Positions 10,580-19,164 of a stretch of 54,782 nucleotides of DNA are shown piece after piece. A program made the translations under genes and the position numbers. The DNA is taken from contig VGJV01000005.1 in assembly GCA_016867315.1 (NCBI GenBank), positions 1 through 54,782 on the forward strand, in the 5' to 3' direction. The notes beneath the pieces were generated by a model. The model was not told the origin of the DNA, made no database searches, and saw nothing but the letters and a program-made list of their open reading frames with translations. Source of the DNA: Candidatus Liptonbacteria bacterium (GTDB lineage: Bacteria > Patescibacteriota > Minisyncoccia > UBA6257 > 2-01-FULL-56-20). Each line of letters begins with the position of its first letter. Position 1 is the first letter of the stretch.

Positions 10580-11314
10580 TTATTGTTTCGCCAGACGTTG
10601 GGCAATCTCCAACTCTGCCGGCGTGTTAATTCCCACTGCTTCGATAGGATCGGCTGGAACCGTAGCAATCAATGCTTTTTCCGCCACCGCGATTCCTACA
10701 GTATCCGTAAGGTAATATTCTCCCTGCGCATTTTTCGTGCCAACTTTGGGAAGCGTTCGCCAAAGCCAAGAGGCGTTGAAACAGAAAAAAGAGGGGTTCA
10801 CTTCCGTGATCTCCAATTCTTCATCACTCGCATCCTTTACTTCCACGATTTTCGCCACCTGCCCACCCTTGCGAATAATGCGGCCAAAGCTCGCGAGCGA
10901 AGCGCGGTCTCCTTCAAAGTCAGGGACTTTGATCGTCGCCATAGTGAGCGTTGGTTCGTCCTGTATCTGAGTAAGACGCAGAACGCGAAGCGTAGAAGAT
11001 TGTATGAACGGCATGTCGCCGTATACCACAATCACTGCTTCCGCATCGCCCGCCGCTTCTTTCGCACAATGCGCGGCATGCCCCGTCCCACGCGATTCTT
11101 TCTGAATCACATAGTCGTACCCACTCCCGAGCACACCGGGAATTTCACTATCCTGGCTCACAACAATGATGGGCTTTGGATCAATGTCCGTCTTCCGCAC
11201 CGAGCGAAGAAGTCTTTGAATCACCGTCTCACCACCCAGAGGAAGCAAAGCTTTCGTTTGCCCGTCCATTCGAGTAGCCTTTCCGGCTGCCAAAATTACA
11301 ATTCTCGTATTCAT
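10580..11314 (-). CDS. glmU: GlmU-like N-terminal uridyltransferase domain only (no hexapeptide acetyltransferase domain)
   Basis: VILAAGKATRM, QKESRGTGHA, VVYGDMP, FGRIIR..IVEVKDA, NAQGEYYLTD, GINTPAEL; the protein ends at 244 aa. Confidence 0.85.
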   Translation of the reverse strand: MNTRIVILAAGKATRMDGQTKALLPLGGETVIQRLLRSVRKTDIDPKPIIVVSQDSEIPGVLGSGYDYVIQKESRGTGHAAHCAKEAAGDAEAVIVVYGDMPFIQSSTLRVLRLTQIQDEPTLTMATIKVPDFEGDRASLASFGRIIRKGGQVAKIVEVKDASDEELEITEVNPSFFCFNASWLWRTLPKVGTKNAQGEYYLTDTVGIAVAEKALIATVPADPIEAVGINTPAELEIAQRLAKQ

Positions 11315-11511
11315 ATGATTAAGTCAAAGTTTAACTCAACTCAGAATACTCCAAAACCTCCCTGGGTCAAACCAAATCTCATCCACATCCCCAATTGCGA
11401 ACTGTGGATAAAAGAACATCCGATACGCCCCTTCCGACCATAAATCTGCAGAGAGGAAAGGGCGTATCGGATGGATTCACAATCTTCCCATAATGCTGCA
11501 CAATTCTTTCC

Positions 11512-12450
11512 ATGAAGCGGATCGTCACCATAGGCGGAGGCACCGGAACCTATACCGTTCTTACTGCCCTCAAGGAGCATTCGGTACATTTAAGCGCCAT
11601 CCTTTCCATGGCAGACGATGGGAAATCCACAGGGCTACTCCGAGACCAATACGGCGTACTTCCCGCCGGAGATGTGCGCCGTGGCCTCATTGCCCTCGCC
11701 CCGGAAGGCGAACTACTCCGGAAACTTTTCCTTTACAGATTCGATGAAGGCCTGCTTCAGGGTCATAATTTCGGAAACCTTTTTCTTTTGGCCCTAGAGA
11801 AAGTTACGGGGGATTTTTCAACCGCACTTCGGGAAGCGGCCCGCCTTTTGAATATTGAAGGAGAAATTGTCCCAGTGACGCTCGATAATGTCCGGCTCTA
11901 CGCCGAGCTCACCGATGGCACTCGACTCTATGGAGAACATCGAATAGACAAACCCAAGGAGAAAAATAGAGCGGGTATTAAAAAAGTATGGCTCGAGCCT
12001 GTTGCCCGATTGAACCCGGCCGTATCTCGAGTACTGCACAATGCAGACCTCATTATAATCGGTCCAGGAGATATCTACACGAGCCTCGTTCCTAATTTTC
12101 TTGTGAAAGGCATGAAAGAAGCGCTTCAAAAATCCCATGGCAAAGTAATCTACGTTGGCAATCTTATGACCAAATTTGGAGAAACCCAGGGATTCACTGC
12201 TTTGGACTTTTTGGCTGCCATCAAAAAATATTGCGGCGAGGATCGAGTCGATTATGCCCTCTGGAATAACAAGAGGCCAAACGCTAAAATCCTTGCTCGA
12301 TATACACGGGAACAATCCATATTGGTAAGTCCTCCGAAAGAAAAGAAGCAGGGGAAAACTAAATTTCTATATGCCGACCTTCTTGATTCAGGTCCGCTTA
12401 TCCGCCATCACCAACAAAAACTCGCCAAAGCCCTCCTTTCATTACTCTAA
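11512..12450 (+). CDS. yvcK: YvcK/GlmR (UPF0052/CofD-like) uridine-diphosphate-sugar-binding protein
   Basis: IVTIGGGTG, MADDGKSTG.LR...G.LP.GDVRR, GHNFGNL, IIGPGDIYTSL.PN. Confidence 0.9.
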   Translation: MKRIVTIGGGTGTYTVLTALKEHSVHLSAILSMADDGKSTGLLRDQYGVLPAGDVRRGLIALAPEGELLRKLFLYRFDEGLLQGHNFGNLFLLALEKVTGDFSTALREAARLLNIEGEIVPVTLDNVRLYAELTDGTRLYGEHRIDKPKEKNRAGIKKVWLEPVARLNPAVSRVLHNADLIIIGPGDIYTSLVPNFLVKGMKEALQKSHGKVIYVGNLMTKFGETQGFTALDFLAAIKKYCGEDRVDYALWNNKRPNAKILARYTREQSILVSPPKEKKQGKTKFLYADLLDSGPLIRHHQQKLAKALLSLL

Positions 12451-12589
12451 AAAGCTCTAAATAGGGATATTTGGGTTTATTCCCGAGAAAGCTCTCGGAA
12501 ATGCAAGGAGCTTGGAATCTTTAGATTCCTTGCGTTGAGCGGCAGCGGGCGTTCGCCGCCGGAGCGAACGAACCGCGTTTTCGAGGGAA

Positions 12590-12618
12590 TTGACCCAACA
12601 TATCACTTAAGGTACACT
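12590..12618 (+). promoter_or_regulatory. Leaderless-type promoter of rpmE
   Basis: TTGACC-N17-TACACT, 7 nt before ATG 12626. Confidence 0.7.
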
Positions 12619-12625
12619 AACCCCC

Positions 12626-12877
12626 ATGAAAACCGACATCCATCCCGCCTACCACGCGAAGGCCAAAGTGAAGTGCGCCTGTGGAAACTCCTTTACCGTG
12701 GGTGCCACCAAGGAAGAAATCCACGTGGAAATCTGTGCGAAGTGTCACCCGTTCTTCACGGGTGAAGAAAAGTTGATCGACACTGCCGGCCGCGTAGAAA
12801 AGTTCAAGACCCGGCGCTCCAAGGCTGCTTCTCCCGCTCCGAAAAAAGTCCGCGCGAAGAAAACAGAATCGAAGTAG
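12626..12877 (+). CDS. rpmE: 50S ribosomal protein L31 (Zn-binding type)
   Basis: [14 protein letters not shown]...[24 protein letters not shown]. Confidence 0.97.
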   Translation: MKTDIHPAYHAKAKVKCACGNSFTVGATKEEIHVEICAKCHPFFTGEEKLIDTAGRVEKFKTRRSKAASPAPKKVRAKKTESK

Positions 12878-12884
12878 GTTATTT

Positions 12885-12908
12885 CCGCCCGTGCACACGG
12901 GCGGTTTT
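12885..12908 (+). terminator. Rho-independent terminator after rpmE
   Basis: CCGCCCGTG/CACGGGCGG stem followed by TTTT. Confidence 0.75.
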
Positions 12909-12925
12909 GTTACAATTTTCCTAAT

Positions 12926-13033
12926 ATGGTTCAGAGACTAATCTTAGAAATCCGAGCCGGCGCAGGCCGCCTGCGCAAGCTCCGGCGAGCCTCGCTCGCC
13001 TCGCTGCGAAGCGGGCCTTACTTAATATTCTAA
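12926..13033 (+). other. 35-codon upstream ORF: duplicated prfA 5' end fused to a palindromic element
   Basis: [35 protein letters not shown]; the first 14 codons match prfA ([14 protein letters not shown]) using different codons; the stop lies 4 nt before the prfA ATG. Confidence 0.7.
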
Positions 13034-13037
13034 AATT

Positions 13038-13766
13038 ATGACTCAAAGGTTAATTTTAGAAATAAGAGCGGGAGCGGGAGGTGATGAAGCCTCTATCTTT
13101 GCCGGAGACCTGGGCCGCATGTACCAGCGCTACGCCGCCCAAAAAGGCTGGGGATTTTCGATCCTCGATAAAAACGAAACCTCCCTTAATGGCTTCAAGT
13201 CGCTCGTCGCCGAGATCAAAGGGGAAGGAGCTTATGACGCCCTGAAACTGGAGTCCGGTGTGCACCGCGTGCAACGGGTGCCAAAAACGGAAAAGTCCGG
13301 CCGAATTCATACCTCAACTGCTTCCGTAGCCATTCTTCCTATAGTAGAAGCGAAAGAAGTAATAATAAATCAGGGAGATTTGGAAGTGACGTTTTCCCGT
13401 GCAGGAGGTCCCGGCGGTCAAAACGTGAACAAGGTGGAAACCGCGGTACGCATCCACCACAAACCGACGGGGATCGTCATCTCTTGCCGCGAAGAACGCT
13501 CTCAACATGCGAATCGCGAAAAAGCTATGGAAGTGCTCCGCGCAAAGCTCTACGAAATGGAGCAGCAAAAAAGCACGGGTTCAGTTACGGACATGCGCCG
13601 CGAACAAGTGGGTTCCGCCGACCGCTCCGAGAAAATCCGCACGTATAACTTCCCCGATGACCGCATCACTGATCACCGCTTCGGCGCCAAAGTACATAAT
13701 ATTGAAAAAGTTTTGGACGGAGATTTGGATGCACTCCTTAAAAAAATAGAGAAGTCTAAAGAATAG
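13038..13766 (+). CDS. prfA: Peptide chain release factor 1 lacking N-terminal domain 1
   Basis: [12 protein letters not shown], PxT motif (RVPKTE), [15 protein letters not shown]; 242 aa. Confidence 0.93.
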   Translation: MTQRLILEIRAGAGGDEASIFAGDLGRMYQRYAAQKGWGFSILDKNETSLNGFKSLVAEIKGEGAYDALKLESGVHRVQRVPKTEKSGRIHTSTASVAILPIVEAKEVIINQGDLEVTFSRAGGPGGQNVNKVETAVRIHHKPTGIVISCREERSQHANREKAMEVLRAKLYEMEQQKSTGSVTDMRREQVGSADRSEKIRTYNFPDDRITDHRFGAKVHNIEKVLDGDLDALLKKIEKSKE

Positions 13767-13768
13767 AA

Positions 13769-14191
13769 ATGAAAGCCGGCAAAGACTACATCGGCGTGGG
13801 CTGCGGAGCACTTATAGTGAACGATAAAGGAGAAACATTACTCCTTAAGCGCAAAAGTAGGAATGAAATTGGCTGGTGGTGCAAACCCGGCGGGGCGGTA
13901 GAATACGGCGAAACCGTGGAAAATGCCGTGCGCCGCGAGGTGCGCGAAGAATTCGGTGTAGAAGTGGAACTTCTGGAACCGTTAGGATATACCAACCAAA
14001 TTCTCCCCAACGAAAAAGAGTATTGGGTGGCATTTCATTACCTCGCACGCATCGCGAAAGGTGAACCTCAAAATATGGAACCCGACAAAACCGAAACGTT
14101 CGGCTGGTTTCCTTTGAATAAACTTCCGGAACCCCTCACTCAAACCACCCGAGAACCCGTAGAAATATATTTAAAACAACATCCCTTATAA
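13769..14191 (+). CDS. NUDIX hydrolase
   Basis: Nudix box PGGAVEYGETVENAVRREVREEFG. Confidence 0.93.
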   Translation: MKAGKDYIGVGCGALIVNDKGETLLLKRKSRNEIGWWCKPGGAVEYGETVENAVRREVREEFGVEVELLEPLGYTNQILPNEKEYWVAFHYLARIAKGEPQNMEPDKTETFGWFPLNKLPEPLTQTTREPVEIYLKQHPL

Positions 14192-14231
14192 GTTCTTAAA
14201 CCTGACGATCGTCAGGTTTAAGAACTTATAA
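14186..14231. repeat. Perfect 46-bp palindrome containing the stop codons of both convergent genes
   Basis: TTATAAGTTCTTAAACCTGACGA|TCGTCAGGTTTAAGAACTTATAA. Confidence 0.9.
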
Positions 14232-15299
14232 CTTCAAAACTCCCGCGATCTGCTTGATAAGTGCGACAACAATCGCCGCAGGCAGAATACTGTATGAAGG
14301 CACCTTATCGTCGTCTTTCACCGTCCACGGTTTCTCTATCGTGGTTACTTTCTCTGTTTTCGGATTCCACTTGTAATCGTATGCGGGTGTGATTTCGTAA
14401 TCATCCACATATCGCAACGCATCCTTCACTGGAATCGAGTTACGGAGAAAAATCTTCGGAATCCCCTGTAACCTCAAAAGTTCGCGGAAGATCTTGTCAT
14501 CGAGCTCCAAGCGTTTCCGAATCGGCCCGATTCCCAGTTCATCTCCTTCTTTCGCAACCATTCTCGCGCCATTACACGATGGGTTGTCACAAATGAGATA
14601 GAATTGCTTTTTCTCTTTGTCATACCCCACTTCTTTCGTAGTCAAAAGCTTCAACCCTCGCGGCGTTTTGCAAATGGGACACACCACCCGGGATTTCATC
14701 CGCTCGTCGATAACTTTCTCCGGTACGTCGATAAACACAAAAAAGTCCGGATCATTTCGGTATCCAAGGAGTTCTTTCAAAAAAAGCGAGTGAGTGATTT
14801 GATCGATCGCCCGCGGAAAGCCGTCGATAAAAAGCGCCCGCTTCGGCCGCTTCGAGATTTCATACTTAATGAGCGCGAGGATAAGTTCCGAAGGAATGAG
14901 TTTGGTCTGGCTTCTTCCTTCAATAAGTTCGATCGTCTCTTCGATGGAGTGGAATCCTCTATAGTTTTTACCGAGAAATTCGATGAGTTCGCCCTTGTGC
15001 TCATCCGAAGAAAGACTCGCGTGCACATCTCGCACCACATCGCCAATCGAAATGTGCTGCACGTGTCCTTCGCCCACTGCCTCCATAAAAAGCTTGGAAT
15101 AGGTGCCTTTTCCGGAATTCTTTTTACCCAAGAGATACCCGATGAATGTTTTCCGGCTCAAATACTTTTTGAGTTTTTTAATCTCCGCTCCCGCCTTCGC
15201 TTGGAAATACTTTTTCCTATCTTTCGGATCGCTCAAATTGAACTTCTTTCGAAGTCCTTCTACCTTAGTTTTGAAAATGGGAAAGTGAACTCCTTTCAT
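14226..15299 (-). CDS. Adenylate-kinase-like NMP kinase with N-terminal extension and Zn lid
   Basis: P-loop LLGKKNSGKGT, HISIGD, FIDGFPR, lid CPIC...CDNPSC, D...I..RL. Confidence 0.8.
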   Translation of the reverse strand: MKGVHFPIFKTKVEGLRKKFNLSDPKDRKKYFQAKAGAEIKKLKKYLSRKTFIGYLLGKKNSGKGTYSKLFMEAVGEGHVQHISIGDVVRDVHASLSSDEHKGELIEFLGKNYRGFHSIEETIELIEGRSQTKLIPSELILALIKYEISKRPKRALFIDGFPRAIDQITHSLFLKELLGYRNDPDFFVFIDVPEKVIDERMKSRVVCPICKTPRGLKLLTTKEVGYDKEKKQFYLICDNPSCNGARMVAKEGDELGIGPIRKRLELDDKIFRELLRLQGIPKIFLRNSIPVKDALRYVDDYEITPAYDYKWNPKTEKVTTIEKPWTVKDDDKVPSYSILPAAIVVALIKQIAGVLKL

Positions 15300-15399
15300 C
15301 CCGTTAGAAGTTTAAAACTGAAGACTTTTTCATGGTCGTCCAAATATATTCTTTTTTAAGAAAATTCATAGCTTTGAGAGTTTCTACTTCTAACGGGAT
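15298..15399. repeat. MITE-like element with 14-bp perfect terminal inverted repeats
   Basis: ATCCCGTTAGAAGT ... ACTTCTAACGGGAT around a 74-bp AT-rich core; same TIR family as 7877-7937. Confidence 0.7.
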
Positions 15400-15406
15400 T
15401 CATAAC

Positions 15407-16810
15407 CTATTTACTTTTCTTCTTTACCTCAATTCCCAATTCATCGAGCTGCTTCTTCTCCGCCTCGGAGGGCGCGTCCATTACCGACGTCTGCCCAGAA
15501 GCAGAAACCGGGAACGCAATCACCTCCCGGATGTTCGGTTCATTTGCGAGGAGCATTACCAGCCGATCGAATCCCGGCGCCATTCCGGCATGCGGCGGCG
15601 CCCCATATTTATAAGCTTTGATAATGTGTCCGAAACGAGCCTCCACCTGTTCCGGCGTAAGCCCCATAATTTCGAACACTTTCCGCTGCACCTTAGGGTC
15701 CGAAATCCGCACTCCTCCCGAAGCTAATTCATATCCGTTGCATACCAAGTCATATTGCTGCGCCCGGAGCATGCCCAAACTTGCATCACCCAAATCCTTT
15801 GCGGCCATAAGTTTCTCTACATGTTCCGCCTTCGGCGCAGAAAACGGGTTATGCGCAAAAGTCCACTTCTTAGTCTCCTCGTCCTTTTCGAAAAGAGGGA
15901 AGTCCACGACCCATGCGAACGCGAGTACGTTCGGATCACGCTCACCTTCCGGCCGAAGGTCAAATTTATCCGCTCCAAACTGTTTCATCGCTTCTTCGTG
16001 CGTGAATACCGGAAAAGGTTTCTTCCAAATTTTTTTCCCGCAGCTCTCCGCTATGTGAACCATGAGTCCTTCTACGAGGTCGAGCACATCCCGTTCTTTT
16101 ACGAAGGACATTTCGAGGTCAATCTGCGTGTGCTCAAGTTGGCGGTCTCCCCGAAGATCTTCGTCACGCATCGCCCGAGCCAGCTGGAAATACCGCTCAA
16201 TTCCGGCGATCATCAAAAGCTGCTTGTACTGCTGCGGCGCCTGGGGCAAGGCATAAAACTTTCCCGGCTGCAATCGGGAAGGCACCAAAAAGTCCCGCGC
16301 CCCTTCGGGAGAAGTTTTCGTAAGCATAGGCGTCTCCACTTCCACGAATCCGTTCTCGTTCATGTAGTCGCGCACAAGCTTTGCCACCTTACTGCGAAGG
16401 AGAAGGTTCTTAGTCATCCGCTCCCGCCGCAAATCGAGATAGCGATATTTCATCCGCACCTCTTCGTCTACGTCATACCCATCAGTGTCGACAGGCAAAG
16501 GCAATGCCTCCGCGACACTCAAAATCTCCAAGCTCTTCGCGCTTACTTCGTGCTTCCCGGTAGAAATTTTGTCATTCACCATCGCCGCCGGCCGCGCCTT
16601 CACTTCTCCCACAATCTTCACCACGTACTCGAGCCTCAAGTCTCCGGCATTCTTGACCGTCGGAGGAAACACCACCTGCACAATTCCAGTCCGGTCCCGG
16701 AGATCGATAAACACAAGCTTCCCGTGATCCCGCCGGGCATGCACCCAACCCAAAAGGGTAATTTCTTGTCCCTCTTTGCTTGTTATTTCTGACGTGTAAA
16801 CACGCTGCAT
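15407..16810 (-). CDS. aspS: Aspartate--tRNA ligase (short form lacking the GAD insertion)
   Basis: WVHARRDHG..FIDLRD, RYLDLRR, PEGARDFLVP, YALPQAPQ, GAPPHAG.A.GFDR. Confidence 0.96.
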   Translation of the reverse strand: MQRVYTSEITSKEGQEITLLGWVHARRDHGKLVFIDLRDRTGIVQVVFPPTVKNAGDLRLEYVVKIVGEVKARPAAMVNDKISTGKHEVSAKSLEILSVAEALPLPVDTDGYDVDEEVRMKYRYLDLRRERMTKNLLLRSKVAKLVRDYMNENGFVEVETPMLTKTSPEGARDFLVPSRLQPGKFYALPQAPQQYKQLLMIAGIERYFQLARAMRDEDLRGDRQLEHTQIDLEMSFVKERDVLDLVEGLMVHIAESCGKKIWKKPFPVFTHEEAMKQFGADKFDLRPEGERDPNVLAFAWVVDFPLFEKDEETKKWTFAHNPFSAPKAEHVEKLMAAKDLGDASLGMLRAQQYDLVCNGYELASGGVRISDPKVQRKVFEIMGLTPEQVEARFGHIIKAYKYGAPPHAGMAPGFDRLVMLLANEPNIREVIAFPVSASGQTSVMDAPSEAEKKQLDELGIEVKKKSK

Positions 16811-16827
16811 TAAAATGTATGGTCTCC

Positions 16828-16898
16828 AATTTCTAATTTCTAATATCTAATTTCTAATCAAGTTTAATTTAGAAATTAGGACTTAGGAATTAGAAATT
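16828..16898. repeat. Inverted pair of 7-bp tandem tracts (hairpin)
   Basis: TTTCTAA TTTCTAA TATCTAA TTTCTAA ... TTAGAAA TTAGGAC TTAGGAA TTAGAAA. Confidence 0.85.
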
Positions 16899-16920
16899 TC
16901 AGTTTGCTATACTATACAAT

Positions 16921-17406
16921 ATGCTCGACTTTTCTCAAATGCTTGCGCGTTTTGCCCTAGCGCTCATATTGGGAGCCCTCATGGGACTGGAGCGTGAGTC
17001 GGCAGGTAAAGAAGCCGGGATTCGCACCGGCATGCTGGTCTCGGGAGGCGCCGCTATTTTCTCGCTTATTGCGCTCGCACTTCCTTATCTTGTTGCTGCT
17101 AATCCGAACACGCTTACGGACGAAATCCTCGTCCGAAGCGGTGCATTTGCGGTCATCGCAAACATCATCGTGGGAATAGGATTCTTAGGCGGAGGCATCA
17201 TCATCAAAACGCAGGATCATGTACACGGCCTTACGACCGCCGCGGTAGTCTGGATGATGGCAGCAATCGGAATTTTAGCCGGCTTGGGAATGAGCGAATT
17301 TGCTGCAGCTGCCACCGTGATCTCAAGCGGCGTCCTCTACATCCTCCGCAAAGCAGGAATCTACGAGCTCATCAAACCCAAAGAACCCAATCAACCTGGG
17401 TTCTAA
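16921..17406 (+). CDS. MgtC/SapB family membrane protein
   Basis: GLERE..GKEAGIRT, IIVGIGFLGGGII, GLTTAA..W..AAIG; TG-C-TATACT 7 nt before ATG. Confidence 0.92.
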   Translation: MLDFSQMLARFALALILGALMGLERESAGKEAGIRTGMLVSGGAAIFSLIALALPYLVAANPNTLTDEILVRSGAFAVIANIIVGIGFLGGGIIIKTQDHVHGLTTAAVVWMMAAIGILAGLGMSEFAAAATVISSGVLYILRKAGIYELIKPKEPNQPGF

Positions 17407-17425
17407 AGGAGAAATACAATAGTTC

Positions 17426-17920
17426 CTAACGTACCGGCTCTTTGCCAAGTACTTTTCTTGTGAAGAAGTCTGACTCTACCAAAGGCACGGTGCCTCCGAG
17501 CGCCCACATCACAAATGAATCTGCCGCGATATCCTTGATGTTCCTTGCGGAATTTTTGACTGATTTTTCTGCATAAGTAGGTTTGAAGAATTGCTCTAAA
17601 TCCTCTTCCGCATAATCATAGGTAAAGAATCGGCCCAATTCTCGGAGAAAAACGTACGGCAAAAGCGCCGAAGGCGTATCCGTCCGGAAAATTATTTTGG
17701 AGCGCGGTACGATATCTCCCGCATAAATATCCTGCATATAACAGCTCCACACCGATGCATATCCCGCAGGCAGTCCGCACGCGGAGTTAATTCGCGACTC
17801 CGGCACGAAGCTGAAAGAAATTCGACTCAAATCTGCCATGGTTTTTGCCGAAGCCGAATTGGCAAAAAAGAATACGACTCCGACTGCAACCATAGTGACA
17901 CCCAGGAATAGTTTTTTCAT
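17426..17920 (-). CDS. Secreted hypothetical protein
   Basis: Signal peptide MKKLFLGVTMVAVGVVFFFANSASA; start moved to ATG 17920 (TG-G-TATGAT 6 nt upstream). Confidence 0.7.
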   Translation of the reverse strand: MKKLFLGVTMVAVGVVFFFANSASAKTMADLSRISFSFVPESRINSACGLPAGYASVWSCYMQDIYAGDIVPRSKIIFRTDTPSALLPYVFLRELGRFFTYDYAEEDLEQFFKPTYAEKSVKNSARNIKDIAADSFVMWALGGTVPLVESDFFTRKVLGKEPVR

Positions 17921-17951
17921 GCCTGCATCATACCATAGCAGGAGCATGGGC

Positions 17952-17981
17952 AAAACAAAATCGCCCCGTAAAGGGCGATTT
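17952..17981 (-). terminator. Terminator of rnpB
   Basis: AAATCGCCC stem followed by a T-rich tail on the minus strand. Confidence 0.7.
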
Positions 17982-17983
17982 CG

Positions 17984-18325
17984 GCAATCCGTAAGCCGGA
18001 TTCTGTCGTGGATGATCATTTATCTGGGCCTTCGATTGCTCGGAGGCTCGAGCGACTCAAACCAATGCTTGCACATTGGAGTACGGTCTTGCACCCAGTA
18101 AGGATTTAGCCGTTTCATTTCCGCCTTCTTATCCCTATAGCGGAACTGGACCGTCTAGCTTGGGATCGGGTCCTCCCTCGGGTTTCCCTTCGGGACGTTT
18201 CTGCTCGCACCTCTATGCTTACGCACGACGGCTGTTAGCCGCTACTTATTTATCCTCGCTTTCGCGAGGAGAGTGTCCGGACTTTCCTCTCTTTAGAAAA
18301 ACCAAAGAGCGACCATCTGGATTGC
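17984..18325 (-). ncRNA. rnpB: RNase P RNA
   Basis: GAGGAAAGTCCGG near the 5' end, ACAGAATCCGGCTTA near the 3' end, P1 GCAATCC/GGATTGC. Confidence 0.95.
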
Positions 18326-18331
18326 TAAACT

Positions 18332-18359
18332 TTTATATCAAAATGTTATAAAAAGTCAA
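18332..18359 (-). promoter_or_regulatory. rnpB promoter
   Basis: TTGACT-N16-TATAAA with an extended TG motif. Confidence 0.65.
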
Positions 18360-18410
18360 GGCGACCGTTGCGGGTCGCCTATCCTTTGATTAAATACGCG
18401 CGCTGTAGCA

Positions 18411-18770
18411 TTACGCCGCCTCGCGCTTTTCCTGAAGCACATCTCTCGCTGCTCTCAATTTGCCTGCAATAGCCTCCACCTTGGAATCTCCACGCCCCAA
18501 TCGAACTCCCCATTTTCTCTGATCCATTCGGAGCTTCTGAATGAGCTGGATCAATTCCAACTGGTTTTTCTTTCGAAGCCTCTCCTTGAGACGCAGCAAT
18601 CGCAGCACTTCGTGGATTTCTCCAACGAAGGTGGAAACGTCTTGAGCAAAGTCGTAGATTGCCTCCGCCGCCCTATCGATTTCTCGAAGCTTGCGAGCCT
18701 CCATTAATGGCCATCGCTTTTTATCTTGCCACACGAGGTGCAGCAATGCTTGTCGTGCGTTATTTTTCAT
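18411..18770 (-). CDS. Basic coiled-coil hypothetical protein
   Basis: 119-aa helical ORF; its ATG overlaps the upstream TGA. Confidence 0.7.
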   Translation of the reverse strand: MKNNARQALLHLVWQDKKRWPLMEARKLREIDRAAEAIYDFAQDVSTFVGEIHEVLRLLRLKERLRKKNQLELIQLIQKLRMDQRKWGVRLGRGDSKVEAIAGKLRAARDVLQEKREAA

Positions 18771-18907
18771 CGCTGAATTCCTTCTGATGCAGGCGCCTCT
18801 CTCACTTCATGGGTTCTCCAACCCATCCGCTCAAGCGCCTTGTTGATCACTTCGGTTTCTACTATTCGTTTCTGTTGTTGCCTTCTTCTTTTTTGCCGTG
18901 TTGTCAT
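18767..18907 (-). CDS. 46-aa small protein missed by the ORF track (MTTRQKRRRQQQKRIVETEVINKALERMGWRTHEVREAPASEGIQR)
   Basis: Hand translation; ATGA overlaps with both neighbours. Confidence 0.7.
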   Translation of the reverse strand: MTTRQKRRRQQQKRIVETEVINKALERMGWRTHEVREAPASEGIQR

Positions 18908-19092
18908 GTTTTGAGTTCAGTTCGTTTGGTTTTGAATTCCTCGAGTTCAAAAAATGATCGAGTTGCAGCCGCATTCCTGTCCAAAGCCTCTATTTCGGCC
19001 GTGGTATCGAGAATTTGGTCAATTTCATCATCGCTCAAGGCACTCCAATTTCCCAAGAACAACTTGAGAAGCTCATTCACAGTTCGTTTCAT
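18904..19092 (-). CDS. Small acidic helical hypothetical protein
   Basis: MKRTVNELLKLFLGNWSALSDDEIDQILD...; AGGAG lies 5 nt upstream of ATG 19092. Confidence 0.65.
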   Translation of the reverse strand: MKRTVNELLKLFLGNWSALSDDEIDQILDTTAEIEALDRNAAATRSFFELEEFKTKRTELKT

Positions 19093-19164
19093 AAAAACTC
19101 CTAGGTTTTTGTCAAAATTCCCCTTCCTCCCTGCCTGCATACTACCTCTACTTGGAGAAACTTT

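Noticed and set aside
11315-11511. Replication origin
   Set aside because: Only two DnaA-like boxes, no adjacent dnaA or dnaN, and no evident AT-rich unwinding repeats.
15755-16792. Long antisense ORFs (also 14604-15359, 10583-11443, 45363-46022, 7828-8631)
   Set aside because: Shadow frames opposite well-conserved genes, with implausible composition.
16811-16900. T-box riboswitch upstream of aspS
   Set aside because: No T-box motif or specifier loop; the region is a heptamer-repeat hairpin.
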